From the IMG/VR virus record IMGVR_UViG_3300027571_000004, positions 1 to 64,000 of that record: a stretch of DNA of 64,000 nucleotides, one strand, 5' to 3'. The position numbers and the translations under genes were made by a program. Origin of the DNA: a virus (taxonomy: Duplodnaviria; Caudoviricetes). Below, piece by piece: positions 25,696 to 35,223 of the stretch. Under the pieces are notes generated by a model. It did no database searches and was not told the DNA's origin. It saw only the letters and a program-made list of their open reading frames with translations. How positions within the stretch are numbered: position 1 is the stretch's first letter; each line of letters begins with the position of its first letter.

Positions 25696-26451
25696 ATGAA
25701 AAGAGTAGTATTTAATTTAGATCCTAATAGCGATCCAAGAATTATTTTACCTCCACAGCCATCAAGCCAGTTTGTTCCAGAATGGTATCGTCAAGGTGAG
25801 CGTTTTATAAATAAAGAAGATGGGTCTTTAAATATTCCAGATCCAAGTTTACGTGCAGGAGGATTAAAGTCCTGCAATCCTTTCCTTGATTCTATAATCG
25901 CTGGATATATACAACCTCTTTCATGCGCCATTGAAATTCTTAAGAATGACGGTTCAAGTAATCTTGAGTGGAGATACGTAGAACTTGATGCAAATGGAGA
26001 GTATGTTCAAGTAGAGGATATAGGCCTAATTGAAGAAAGATCAGGGTCAATTGGTCATACTGTTCCAAGACCTCATGGACATGCTCAAAACCATATGGTT
26101 TGGTCAGGGCATTGGGGATGGAAATTGCCAAGAGGATACAGCATGATTATTACACATCCAATGAATCAGTTTCAGTTGCCTTTTACAACCTCTTCAGGCT
26201 TCATGGAAAGCGATAGATTCATTGCGGGGGGTAGAATTCCCTGGTATATTAAAGAAGGCTGGACAGGTATCATTCCAAAGGGAACAGCAATGTACCAGAT
26301 AATCCCAGTAAAAAGAAAGAAGTGGCTAGGAGTTGTTCCAGTAAATGTTGTTAGCAAAAAGGGACAGTTTATAACAGTAAAAGCCAGAGAAGTTTTGTAT
26401 GGTTTTTACAGAGACAACTTATGGGTAAAAAAAGTCTATGAAATGGAATAA
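25696..26451 (+). CDS. uncharacterised enzyme-like protein (dUTPase-like beta fold suspected), paralog 1
   Basis: PEWY..K.C.PFLD...GY; P.GYS..ITHP; G.IPKGT..YQIIP.KR..W. Confidence 0.5.
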   Translation: MKRVVFNLDPNSDPRIILPPQPSSQFVPEWYRQGERFINKEDGSLNIPDPSLRAGGLKSCNPFLDSIIAGYIQPLSCAIEILKNDGSSNLEWRYVELDANGEYVQVEDIGLIEERSGSIGHTVPRPHGHAQNHMVWSGHWGWKLPRGYSMIITHPMNQFQLPFTTSSGFMESDRFIAGGRIPWYIKEGWTGIIPKGTAMYQIIPVKRKKWLGVVPVNVVSKKGQFITVKAREVLYGFYRDNLWVKKVYEME

Positions 26452-27214
26452 AAAGCCAGCAAAAAGAGTAGATACCTATACTCCTTCAGAAGAAGGCGTC
26501 ATAGAGTTCATGAATATAGATAAGCAATTTCACCTAGTTCCACAAAAAATATCTCTTCCAAAATGGTACAAAGATATGCCAGGAATAAAACAATTAGGGC
26601 CTGGACTACAAGACGATCTAACTATAAAGAAGTGTATACCAATATTAGATGCATTAACAATGGGATATTATTTAGTTACAAAAGAAGAGTATAGTTTTTC
26701 ATATGATAAAGAACTAAAGGAGTCAAAATTTATTGGTCCTGCAAAAATTATGAATGAGGAGCCAATTTCACGACATCCCATAACTCAGATCAATACAGTC
26801 TCTTTATCTCCAGAATATATTGAAGAAGCCTTTAAGTGGAAAAACTCCTGGCTAATCAAAACTCCCCCAGGATATAGTTGCCTATTTACCCACCCACTAG
26901 ATGGAATAGAAGCACCATTTAAGACCCTTGACGGGGTAGTGGACACAGATAACTTCTTTATGCCAGTGCTGTTCCCATTCTTAATGAAAAATAGTTTTGA
27001 GGGAGTAATACCAGCAGGTACACCAGTTGTTCAGATAATTCCATTTAAGCGTACAAACTGGACTATGAAAGTCAACGAAGATCTTAGCAAAGATTTAGAA
27101 ACTAACTATCATGCTGAAAAAACATTCTATATGAGTGAACAGTATAATAAAGACGGAAGCCCCAATCCAGGCAAATACAAAAGAGAATATAGGGTTAAGA
27201 AAAGATATACGTAA
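26438..27214 (+). CDS. uncharacterised enzyme-like protein, paralog 2
   Basis: PKWYK..TIKKCIPILDA..GY; TPPGYSCLFTHP; GVVDTD; IPAGTPVVQIIPFKR. Confidence 0.5.
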   Translation: MKWNKKPAKRVDTYTPSEEGVIEFMNIDKQFHLVPQKISLPKWYKDMPGIKQLGPGLQDDLTIKKCIPILDALTMGYYLVTKEEYSFSYDKELKESKFIGPAKIMNEEPISRHPITQINTVSLSPEYIEEAFKWKNSWLIKTPPGYSCLFTHPLDGIEAPFKTLDGVVDTDNFFMPVLFPFLMKNSFEGVIPAGTPVVQIIPFKRTNWTMKVNEDLSKDLETNYHAEKTFYMSEQYNKDGSPNPGKYKREYRVKKRYT

Positions 27215-27241
27215 CATTTTGTTACAGTTTATTTTATTAGT

Positions 27242-27280
27242 AAACTCTCCACTATTAGTTTAGGGAGAGTTTTGCTTTTT
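27242..27280 (+). terminator. intrinsic terminator
   Basis: aaactctcc...ggagagttt stem followed by a T-rich tail. Confidence 0.6.
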
Positions 27281-27332
27281 ATAAAACTCTGCTATACTTA
27301 ACACTTAATCCGTTTTTGAAAGGACGAATCAC

Positions 27333-29363
27333 ATGTCAGATTTTTTTAGTTTTAAACTTCCAGAGGACTTCGTAGAAAAGTACAAGAGCCAAGAAAGCCC
27401 ATTTGGGTTTAAGGATGCAGCAGAAAATTCACTTGGAGAAATTACTTTTATTCGTACATATTCTCGCATGAAGGAAAATGGAACTAAGGAAAGATGGCAC
27501 GAAGTTTGTCGTCGTGTAATCGAGGGGATGTATTCAGTACAAAAGAATCATGCTAAAGAAAATCGTTTACCCTGGAATGACTATAAGGCTCAGAAGTCTG
27601 CACAAGAAGCATTTCAAAGAATGTTTGAATTAAAGTGGACTCCACCAGGTCGCGGTATGTGGACATTTGGAACTCCTATGACTATGGAGAAGAAGAACTC
27701 TGCAGCACTACAAAACTGTGCAATGGTATCTACAAAAGACCTTGACAAGAACGATCCTGGTGCATTGTTTGCTTGGGTTATGGATGCTTTGATGCTAGGA
27801 ATTGGTGTAGGGTTTGACACTGTAGGACAGGAAAAGAATTTTCAAATCTATTCCCCTACAGAGCCAGAAGAGGTGTTTGAAATTCCAGACACCCGTGAAG
27901 GTTGGGTAGACTCAGTTCGTCTTTTGTTAAACTCCTACCTAAGACCAAATCAGTCTATTCAGAAGTTTAACTATGACCTCATCCGTCCTCTAGGAGCACC
28001 AATTAAAGGCTTTGGAGGGGTCGCCAGCGGTCCAGCACCACTTATTCAACTACATACACAGATAGACAAGGTCATTGGCGGTAGAGCAGGAGAAACCCTA
28101 GATAGCCGTGCCATTACAGATATTATTAATCTTATTGGAACCTGTGTAGTTTCAGGAAATGTTCGTCGTTCTGCAACCTTGGCTCTAGGAGCAGCAGGAG
28201 ATGAAGACTTCATTAATTTAAAAAATGCTGAGGTTTTTCCAGAGCGTAACTCCTTTGACTCAGAAAATCCAGGGTGGGCTTGGATGTCCAATAACTCAAT
28301 TTCTGCAACAGTTGGAATGGAATACGAAAAGTATACTGATCTAATTGTTAACAATGGAGAGCCAGGATTTATTTGGCTTGATGTTGCTCGTAACTATGGT
28401 CGTCTATTAGATCCAGCAGATGGAAAAGACTATCGTGTTATGGGCTTTAATCCTTGTGCGGAGCAGCCATTGGAATCTTACGAACTTTGTACACTTGTAG
28501 AAGTGCACTTAAATCGTCATGAATCCAAGGAAGACTTCCTCAAGACATTAAAGTTTGCATATCTTTATGGTAAGACTGTCACTCTTCTTCCAACACACTG
28601 GCCACAAACAAACGGTATCATGCAACGTAATCGTCGTATTGGTACGTCTCTCACTGGTATTGCATCTTTTGCAGATCAAAAAGGATTGCCTGCAGTTCGT
28701 GAATGGATGGACGAGGGATACAACAAGATTCGTCACTATGACCACCAGTATTCAGAATGGCTATGTGTTCGTGAATCAATTCGTGTAACAACAGTTAAGC
28801 CATCAGGATCAGTTTCAATTCTTTCTGGTGCAACTCCTGGAGTTCACTGGGGGGTCCAGGTGGAGAATTTTCTTCGTGCAATCCGATTTGGAGATACTGA
28901 TCCAATGCTGCATTTGTTTAAGGCAGCAAATTATAATGTTGAAAAAGATGTTGTTTCAGCAAATACATCAGTGGTTTACTTTCCAATCAAATCAGGCCAA
29001 AAGCGTTCTGAAAAAGATGTAACATTGTTTGAAAAGATTGCTTTAGCAGCAACTGCTCAAAAGTACTGGTCAGACAACGGAGTATCTGTCACACTTTCAT
29101 TTGACAAAGAAACAGAATCAAAGCATGTTGCATCTGCTCTTCATATGTATGAAGGTCAATTAAAGGCTGTATCATTCTTGCCAATGGGAAACACTGTTTA
29201 TCCACAGCAACCATACACAGGAATTACGGAAGAGCAGTATGAGTCTTATATTGGCAAAATAAAGCACATTGACTTTTCTGCTATTTATGACGGGGTAGAT
29301 AATCTTGAGGCTCAAGGCGAAGCCTACTGCACAACAGACTATTGTGAGATTAAAATCAAGTAG
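27333..29363 (+). CDS. nrdJ: class II (adenosylcobalamin) ribonucleotide reductase, monomeric RTPR type
   Basis: PPGRG, LQNC, GIGVGFD, SGNVRRSA, GFNPCAEQPL, ELC, TTVKPSG, C-terminal CTTDYC. Confidence 0.92.
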   Translation: MSDFFSFKLPEDFVEKYKSQESPFGFKDAAENSLGEITFIRTYSRMKENGTKERWHEVCRRVIEGMYSVQKNHAKENRLPWNDYKAQKSAQEAFQRMFELKWTPPGRGMWTFGTPMTMEKKNSAALQNCAMVSTKDLDKNDPGALFAWVMDALMLGIGVGFDTVGQEKNFQIYSPTEPEEVFEIPDTREGWVDSVRLLLNSYLRPNQSIQKFNYDLIRPLGAPIKGFGGVASGPAPLIQLHTQIDKVIGGRAGETLDSRAITDIINLIGTCVVSGNVRRSATLALGAAGDEDFINLKNAEVFPERNSFDSENPGWAWMSNNSISATVGMEYEKYTDLIVNNGEPGFIWLDVARNYGRLLDPADGKDYRVMGFNPCAEQPLESYELCTLVEVHLNRHESKEDFLKTLKFAYLYGKTVTLLPTHWPQTNGIMQRNRRIGTSLTGIASFADQKGLPAVREWMDEGYNKIRHYDHQYSEWLCVRESIRVTTVKPSGSVSILSGATPGVHWGVQVENFLRAIRFGDTDPMLHLFKAANYNVEKDVVSANTSVVYFPIKSGQKRSEKDVTLFEKIALAATAQKYWSDNGVSVTLSFDKETESKHVASALHMYEGQLKAVSFLPMGNTVYPQQPYTGITEEQYESYIGKIKHIDFSAIYDGVDNLEAQGEAYCTTDYCEIKIK

Positions 29364-29386
29364 TCATGTGGTAAAATAGACTTATA

Positions 29387-32300
29387 ATGTCTAACCCATC
29401 AAACCTATATGCTGAAAAGATTTTTGCTGAACATCCAGCAACTCTTTGGGCTTTAGACGATCAGGTAGACTATCTTTCCTTAGTCTCAGAAGAAGAAAGA
29501 ACTGTTTCTTCCTGGAAAGATATATCAGGAAACTCACTTGGTCTTTCTGCTGTAACTGTTACAGATGTTCTTGACCAGCCATTTCCTACCAGTAATGTTA
29601 CAAAGATAACAGGAGAAATTCCTACTGGAGACAGCGGTGAAATTACCTGCATCAGTCTTCCTATTAAAAAATTTACACAGTTTGATTATGAATTAGGAAC
29701 CTTTGCTATTGGTGGATACTTTTATGCAAAAAGTCCTTTCATTACTGGAATCCATATCGGCTATGAGTATCGTGATGACACAAGTGGAGAGAAAATAACA
29801 AAGTTAAAATACTTTGAAACATTAGTATCAAACGAATGGATATTTCTTTCAGAAACTTTTCAAGTTCCACTAGAAGACTCTGAAATGAGTATAGTTATAA
29901 AGATAAATTATCGTGCAGGATCTGAGGTAGAGGAAGATTATGTATTTTTTACAAACGGAATTACATTGGGACAATGGTCAGAAGAATTTTGTGCAACCTC
30001 TCTAGGATCAACAAAAACATTACTTCCTTCATCAATCGCCATTGAATCCCCAACAACGTTTTCGATTGAAGCAAAGTCTTACGGATTACAGGAAAATCCT
30101 GGATACTATATTATTAACAACAACTTTTTACTGGCAAAAAATAGCGGGATCCCCATGGTTTATGGTGCTTCTAATGTAACAGTCTTATCTCCCAACCCAG
30201 ATCCATTTTATCCTTCATTGATAATTCCAGGACTAGGATTTTTAAATAAAGAAGGTCAATACAATAGTTACACTCTTGAGTTTTGGATAAGAATAAACTC
30301 AGACGCTACTCTAGTACCACTAAGAATTGTTGGCCCCATAGGTTCATCCGATGGAATATATGTTGATGGTCCATTTCTAAAGTTAAAAATTGGTAACACA
30401 TCTGGTTCATATTTTATTGGTGAATGGACTAGACCAATGCTAGTAGACTTAGTAATAAAAAATGATTCTGCAAATTTGTTAATAAATGGAGAGTCCGTAA
30501 TATCTCTTTCCTATACAACTTCTGACCTTGACCTTCCCTACAAATTAAATAATGGTAAAAATCAAGACTGGGTAGGTTTTTATGCCTGGGAAAATGTTGC
30601 ACCAATAGAGATTGATTGTGTTGCAATATATACATATGAAGTTCCTTCTATCGTAGCAAAAAGAAGGTTTGTTTATGGTCAGGGTGTAGAATTTCCAGAA
30701 GGTATTAATCAAGCGTATAGCGGATCTTCTATATATATAGATTATCCCTTTGCAGACTATACAAACAATTATTCTTATCCAAATATTGGCAAATGGCAAC
30801 AGGGTAAACTAAACAATCTATCTGCTGCTAACAATGTTCTATCTACACCAGACTATGAATTGCCAGAAATATACTTATCTAATTCAGACACCGTATCTAT
30901 ATATGCAGATAACGATCTTGTGCAACAAGAAAATGATTTGTTCTTTTCTTTTAGGCCATCTACCACATGGGCACAGCAACATGGATACTTGTTATTCAGT
31001 AATTTAAATATGTTGCGTGAAAAGGTAAGATCTTTTTATGGAACATTTAAAGTAAAAAGTTTGTCAACAAGTGACGAAGTATTATTTTTAATAAAGTCAG
31101 GTGTTACAACAAATACTTTATCTATTGTTCTTAATAATACAACTATCAACTATGTTTTAAACTATAATGGACAAGAGTCAGTGATTCATTCTTCATACAA
31201 TGTTTATCCTGGAGAACCTTTTTCTGTTGCTATGGATCTAGACTTGTTCTCTGCTAATTTTGGCGGAGACGTAGAATCTTTTTTAGCAAACTTTAACAGC
31301 CTAGAACTATATGTTGGTGGAAAAAGCAATCTTTCAAATACTTTTAGTGGTAACATCTATAACATTGGATTCTGTAACGAGTCAAATCACTCAAAGATAC
31401 AAGATCTTTTTAACGAAATCGGAACTTCAAAAGACTACGAAAACCTTTTTAACAACTATACAAATTCAGTAAATCATGATGGAGGAAACTCTTATTTTGG
31501 AACAGAGGGGTGGTACTATAACTCAGAGAACGAACTTCAGAGAGTCGGATCTTCACAGTTCTGGGACTACTACCTTGACGGAGGAAACCCAGGGTCTTAC
31601 TCAACATTTAAATTTAAAGATCACACAGCAAGTTATACACTAAGGCCAAAGGTTTATTTTGAGGAATACTCATTAGACATAGATGTTAGTTGCTCTTGGG
31701 AAGATTATGTCCCACTTACTTATTTTTCTCAATATGTAAAAGATGCTCGTGGCGATGACTATTATGATTTAGACTTTATTCAGTTTAACATCAACTATCC
31801 TTCTCCATCAAAGTTTTTAGAAGAAGAGCAAACTGGCTCTTGGACATACGCAGAACTTCAGAATGATTACTCAAACCCAATTCAAAGAACTTATGATTCA
31901 CTAGACAATCAACTTTTTACTGGTTATATGGACTACTCTGACTTAAAGAATAAATCAACCAAAAACTATAAATATAATACATCTTTTTCTTTGGTTAGGT
32001 CTTATGTTACATTTCAGTATATTGAGTCAGGGGCAAATGCGGTAGATGGGTATTTTATTAATAAAGAACTTCCACCAAAAGAAGGAGTCGTTAATCCAGG
32101 GAATAACTGGATGAATACAAAATATGAGGTTATAAATAATATGATTATCTATCCACCCTCTACAGCAGATACAAAAGATTTGGCCATCGTTACTCACCTT
32201 GAGTTTTTAGTTCCTGGAATCTTAAGAAATAAAGTCTCAATTAAAAGCCTTGAGTATGCGTCTCAATCATTTAATGAGTCATCCCCAAATCCAATTGGGA

Positions 32301-33154
32301 CTAGGTTTGGAAACTCTTTATATCCATACACAATGGCTGGAGACTATTTTGATTATAAGTCTAAAAACCCTTTTACAATTTACAAGGGGAGTTCCCCATA
32401 TCTATATTTGACAAGAACTAGCGGGATAGAGTTAAAAGGAACATACGATCCTTTAATTAGTAGGGGCCTTTCAATTCCAATAAATGAGAATGTCTCTTCA
32501 GATTATAAAATTATGGCAATGCAAAGTGCAATAAGGTTTGATCAAGACTTTTTCCCGTATGCTCCTACAGAGATTTTTGAGATTGAATCAGAAAGTGCAC
32601 ACATTAAGTTTTTTATTGTTGCAAATGGCCCAGATGGAAAGAGGGCAAAGATTTATGCTATAAATGCTCGAAGCGGACAACTAGAAGACGGTATAGCGTT
32701 TTACTGGAACGGAAAGTTAGTAAAAGAGCCAACTCTGACAGTAAAGGAGTGGGGATTCCTTGGTGTCTATTTCCCAGTCCTACTTGATTTTAAAAATATG
32801 GTCGGATCTCTTAGGATTAATGGTCCAATAACCTTTAACACAATTTCATATTATAAATCCACAAACCTTATAGAAAATCAAAGGATTATAACTAGGCCAT
32901 GGTTTAACGTAAAGACTGGCCCAAACAGTCCTATTGAGTGGGCTTTCTGGGCACCAGAAGGTATCTTGTGGCGTGGGGTACTTATTAGATCATCAACAAG
33001 CCCTGGAGGAGTCAACCCGTCTACAATCTATAAGAGTTACACAGGAACAAATAAAATAATTGTTGATAGTGAAAAGATTTTAAGATTAAAAGACTACAAG
33101 TATAGTCTTTATAGCCAAGTCACTTGGACACAAAGCACTAACACCGCCGTTTAA
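29387..33154 (+). CDS. large virion structural protein (concanavalin-like domain suspected)
   Basis: EHP..LW.LDD N-terminus; YTLEFWI...L.INGE; located before the portal. Confidence 0.6.
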   Translation: MSNPSNLYAEKIFAEHPATLWALDDQVDYLSLVSEEERTVSSWKDISGNSLGLSAVTVTDVLDQPFPTSNVTKITGEIPTGDSGEITCISLPIKKFTQFDYELGTFAIGGYFYAKSPFITGIHIGYEYRDDTSGEKITKLKYFETLVSNEWIFLSETFQVPLEDSEMSIVIKINYRAGSEVEEDYVFFTNGITLGQWSEEFCATSLGSTKTLLPSSIAIESPTTFSIEAKSYGLQENPGYYIINNNFLLAKNSGIPMVYGASNVTVLSPNPDPFYPSLIIPGLGFLNKEGQYNSYTLEFWIRINSDATLVPLRIVGPIGSSDGIYVDGPFLKLKIGNTSGSYFIGEWTRPMLVDLVIKNDSANLLINGESVISLSYTTSDLDLPYKLNNGKNQDWVGFYAWENVAPIEIDCVAIYTYEVPSIVAKRRFVYGQGVEFPEGINQAYSGSSIYIDYPFADYTNNYSYPNIGKWQQGKLNNLSAANNVLSTPDYELPEIYLSNSDTVSIYADNDLVQQENDLFFSFRPSTTWAQQHGYLLFSNLNMLREKVRSFYGTFKVKSLSTSDEVLFLIKSGVTTNTLSIVLNNTTINYVLNYNGQESVIHSSYNVYPGEPFSVAMDLDLFSANFGGDVESFLANFNSLELYVGGKSNLSNTFSGNIYNIGFCNESNHSKIQDLFNEIGTSKDYENLFNNYTNSVNHDGGNSYFGTEGWYYNSENELQRVGSSQFWDYYLDGGNPGSYSTFKFKDHTASYTLRPKVYFEEYSLDIDVSCSWEDYVPLTYFSQYVKDARGDDYYDLDFIQFNINYPSPSKFLEEEQTGSWTYAELQNDYSNPIQRTYDSLDNQLFTGYMDYSDLKNKSTKNYKYNTSFSLVRSYVTFQYIESGANAVDGYFINKELPPKEGVVNPGNNWMNTKYEVINNMIIYPPSTADTKDLAIVTHLEFLVPGILRNKVSIKSLEYASQSFNESSPNPIGTRFGNSLYPYTMAGDYFDYKSKNPFTIYKGSSPYLYLTRTSGIELKGTYDPLISRGLSIPINENVSSDYKIMAMQSAIRFDQDFFPYAPTEIFEIESESAHIKFFIVANGPDGKRAKIYAINARSGQLEDGIAFYWNGKLVKEPTLTVKEWGFLGVYFPVLLDFKNMVGSLRINGPITFNTISYYKSTNLIENQRIITRPWFNVKTGPNSPIEWAFWAPEGILWRGVLIRSSTSPGGVNPSTIYKSYTGTNKIIVDSEKILRLKDYKYSLYSQVTWTQSTNTAV

Positions 33155-33172
33155 TATGGTATACTTGTGTAT

Positions 33173-33577
33173 ATGAATATGGAAAAACCAACCAAAAAGC
33201 GTAAGCAAGCGCCCAGAATGAAAGGGCAAGTGGGAGACTCCCGCGTAAAAGTTATTGAAAAGCACTACGAATGGGGTCTTTATGTTTACAAAAAGTCTAA
33301 TGGAAAATGGTTTACAGACGGCACAGGCTCAGTATTAAATATTGAATCAATGCGGGGAGACATTCTTCAGATATCAAAACTAAAAGAGGCAGCAAGACAC
33401 TTTGGAGATGAAGGAGATGGCGAGTGCGTCTTCGTCCCAGGACTTACAAGAATTTCAGAAGAAGAATATTCTGAACAAAAACAAAGACTGTCAGAAGGCC
33501 TTATTCCTTCTATGAACGATCTTGGTGCAGTACAGGCAGCCAAAGATACTATTGCAAAATATGGAAGTGATGACTAA
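33173..33577 (+). CDS. hypothetical protein upstream of the portal
   Basis: ORF track; TGGTATACT 7 nt before ATG; coupled to the portal. Confidence 0.75.
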   Translation: MNMEKPTKKRKQAPRMKGQVGDSRVKVIEKHYEWGLYVYKKSNGKWFTDGTGSVLNIESMRGDILQISKLKEAARHFGDEGDGECVFVPGLTRISEEEYSEQKQRLSEGLIPSMNDLGAVQAAKDTIAKYGSDD

Positions 33578-35187
33578 TGTCAGAAGATAGACAAGAGTAT
33601 GTTAGAATTAAAATGGATGACACTCCAGAAGAAATAAATGTCTTTCAAGCACAAGATCCATTCAACAAAACTTGGGATGAACTAAAAGATTTATCTGGAC
33701 TAGACAACAACTTTAAACGCAGAACCTCCAGGGTAGTTAAATCTGAATCCATAGAGATGGGAAAAGTAGATGCATCTCAAGGATACATTGACTCTGCTCG
33801 TGCAGTAAACACTGGTATTAATGGAACAGCATCTAAAGAGATTAACCCAGGATTAATTTATCGTAATGGCTATGGCCTGTTTGATGTAATTACACCACCA
33901 TGGAACTTGTACGAATTAGCAAACTACTACGACACATCATTTGCAAACCATGCAGCCATTGACGCCAAGGTAGAAAACATTGTAGGACTTGGATACGATT
34001 TCAAGATAGCAGCAAGAACTATGCTTAAGTTAGAGGGATCTGAAGCAAAAGCAGCAGAGGCTGCAAGAAAAAGAATTGAAAGAGCCAAGATTGAACTTCG
34101 TGATTGGCTAGAGTCTTTAAATAATGATGATTCATTTACATCAAGCATGGAAAAAGTATTTACTGATCTTCAGGCAACTGGTAATGCCTACCTTGAAGTT
34201 GGAAGAACCGTAACAGGAGACATTGGATATGTTGGACATATTCCATCAACAACTATGCGTGTTCGCAGACTTCGTGATGGTTACGTACAGGTTATTGGAA
34301 ACAAGGTTGTATACTTCCGTAACTTTGGAGCAACGAATCCTAATCCACTTGGAACGGACCCAAGACCAAATGAGATTATTCACTTTAAAGAATACTCACC
34401 TCTAAATACATTCTATGGAGTTCCAGATATTCTTTCTGCAATTAATGCTCTTTATGGTGATGCTTTGGCTTCACAATACAACATTGATTTCTTTAGCAAC
34501 AAAGCAGTCCCAAGATATGTAGTAACTCTTAAGGGTGCAAAGTTATCTCCAGAAGCAGAAGACAAGATGTTTAGATTCTTGCAGACTGGACTCAAAGGAC
34601 AAAACCACAGAACATTATATATTCCTTTGCCAGCCGACTCAGACACAAACAAGGTTGAATTTAAAATGGAGCCTATTGAAAACGGTATCCAAGAAGGATC
34701 ATTTAGAGACTACCGCAAGTCTAATCGTGATGATATTCTTGTTGCTCACCAAGTTCCTCTTTCAAAGTTAGGTGGATCAGATTCAGCAGCAATTGCTGCA
34801 GCCCTAGCACAGGATAGAACTTTCAAGGAGCAGGTAGCAAGACCAGCACAACGTAATCTTGAAAAGATGATTAATAAGATAGTTCGTGAAAAGACAGACA
34901 TTGTTGATTTTAAGTTTAATGAACTTACCCTTACAGATGAAATCGCTCAATCTCAAATTTTAGAACGATACATTAAGACACAGATTATGGTTCCTAATGA
35001 AGCAAGAGAAGTTCTAGGTTTACCACAAAGAGATGGAGGAAACGAGCCTTTCCAACCTAAGCCACAAGATACTGCAAATGACAACGCAGATCGTGCACGG
35101 GATGGAGAAAGACTAAACAACCAATCCGATGGGTCTGCTACAGTAAGTGGTAGAAATCCCAAAGGTGAAGGACGAGCATCTCAATAG
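33577..35187 (+). CDS. portal protein
   Basis: GNAYLEV.R, EIIHFK, FYGVP, FFSNKAVP, AHQVP, PNEARE.LGLP motifs. Confidence 0.92.
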   Translation: MSEDRQEYVRIKMDDTPEEINVFQAQDPFNKTWDELKDLSGLDNNFKRRTSRVVKSESIEMGKVDASQGYIDSARAVNTGINGTASKEINPGLIYRNGYGLFDVITPPWNLYELANYYDTSFANHAAIDAKVENIVGLGYDFKIAARTMLKLEGSEAKAAEAARKRIERAKIELRDWLESLNNDDSFTSSMEKVFTDLQATGNAYLEVGRTVTGDIGYVGHIPSTTMRVRRLRDGYVQVIGNKVVYFRNFGATNPNPLGTDPRPNEIIHFKEYSPLNTFYGVPDILSAINALYGDALASQYNIDFFSNKAVPRYVVTLKGAKLSPEAEDKMFRFLQTGLKGQNHRTLYIPLPADSDTNKVEFKMEPIENGIQEGSFRDYRKSNRDDILVAHQVPLSKLGGSDSAAIAAALAQDRTFKEQVARPAQRNLEKMINKIVREKTDIVDFKFNELTLTDEIAQSQILERYIKTQIMVPNEAREVLGLPQRDGGNEPFQPKPQDTANDNADRARDGERLNNQSDGSATVSGRNPKGEGRASQ

Positions 35188-35223
35188 TTGAGATATCGTA
35201 AAAAAAGGCTCTATAATATACTT

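Noticed and set aside
27333-29363. Intein or intron in nrdJ (also checked in dnaB)
   Set aside because: Both ORFs are continuous, of ordinary length, and show no splicing or homing endonuclease motifs
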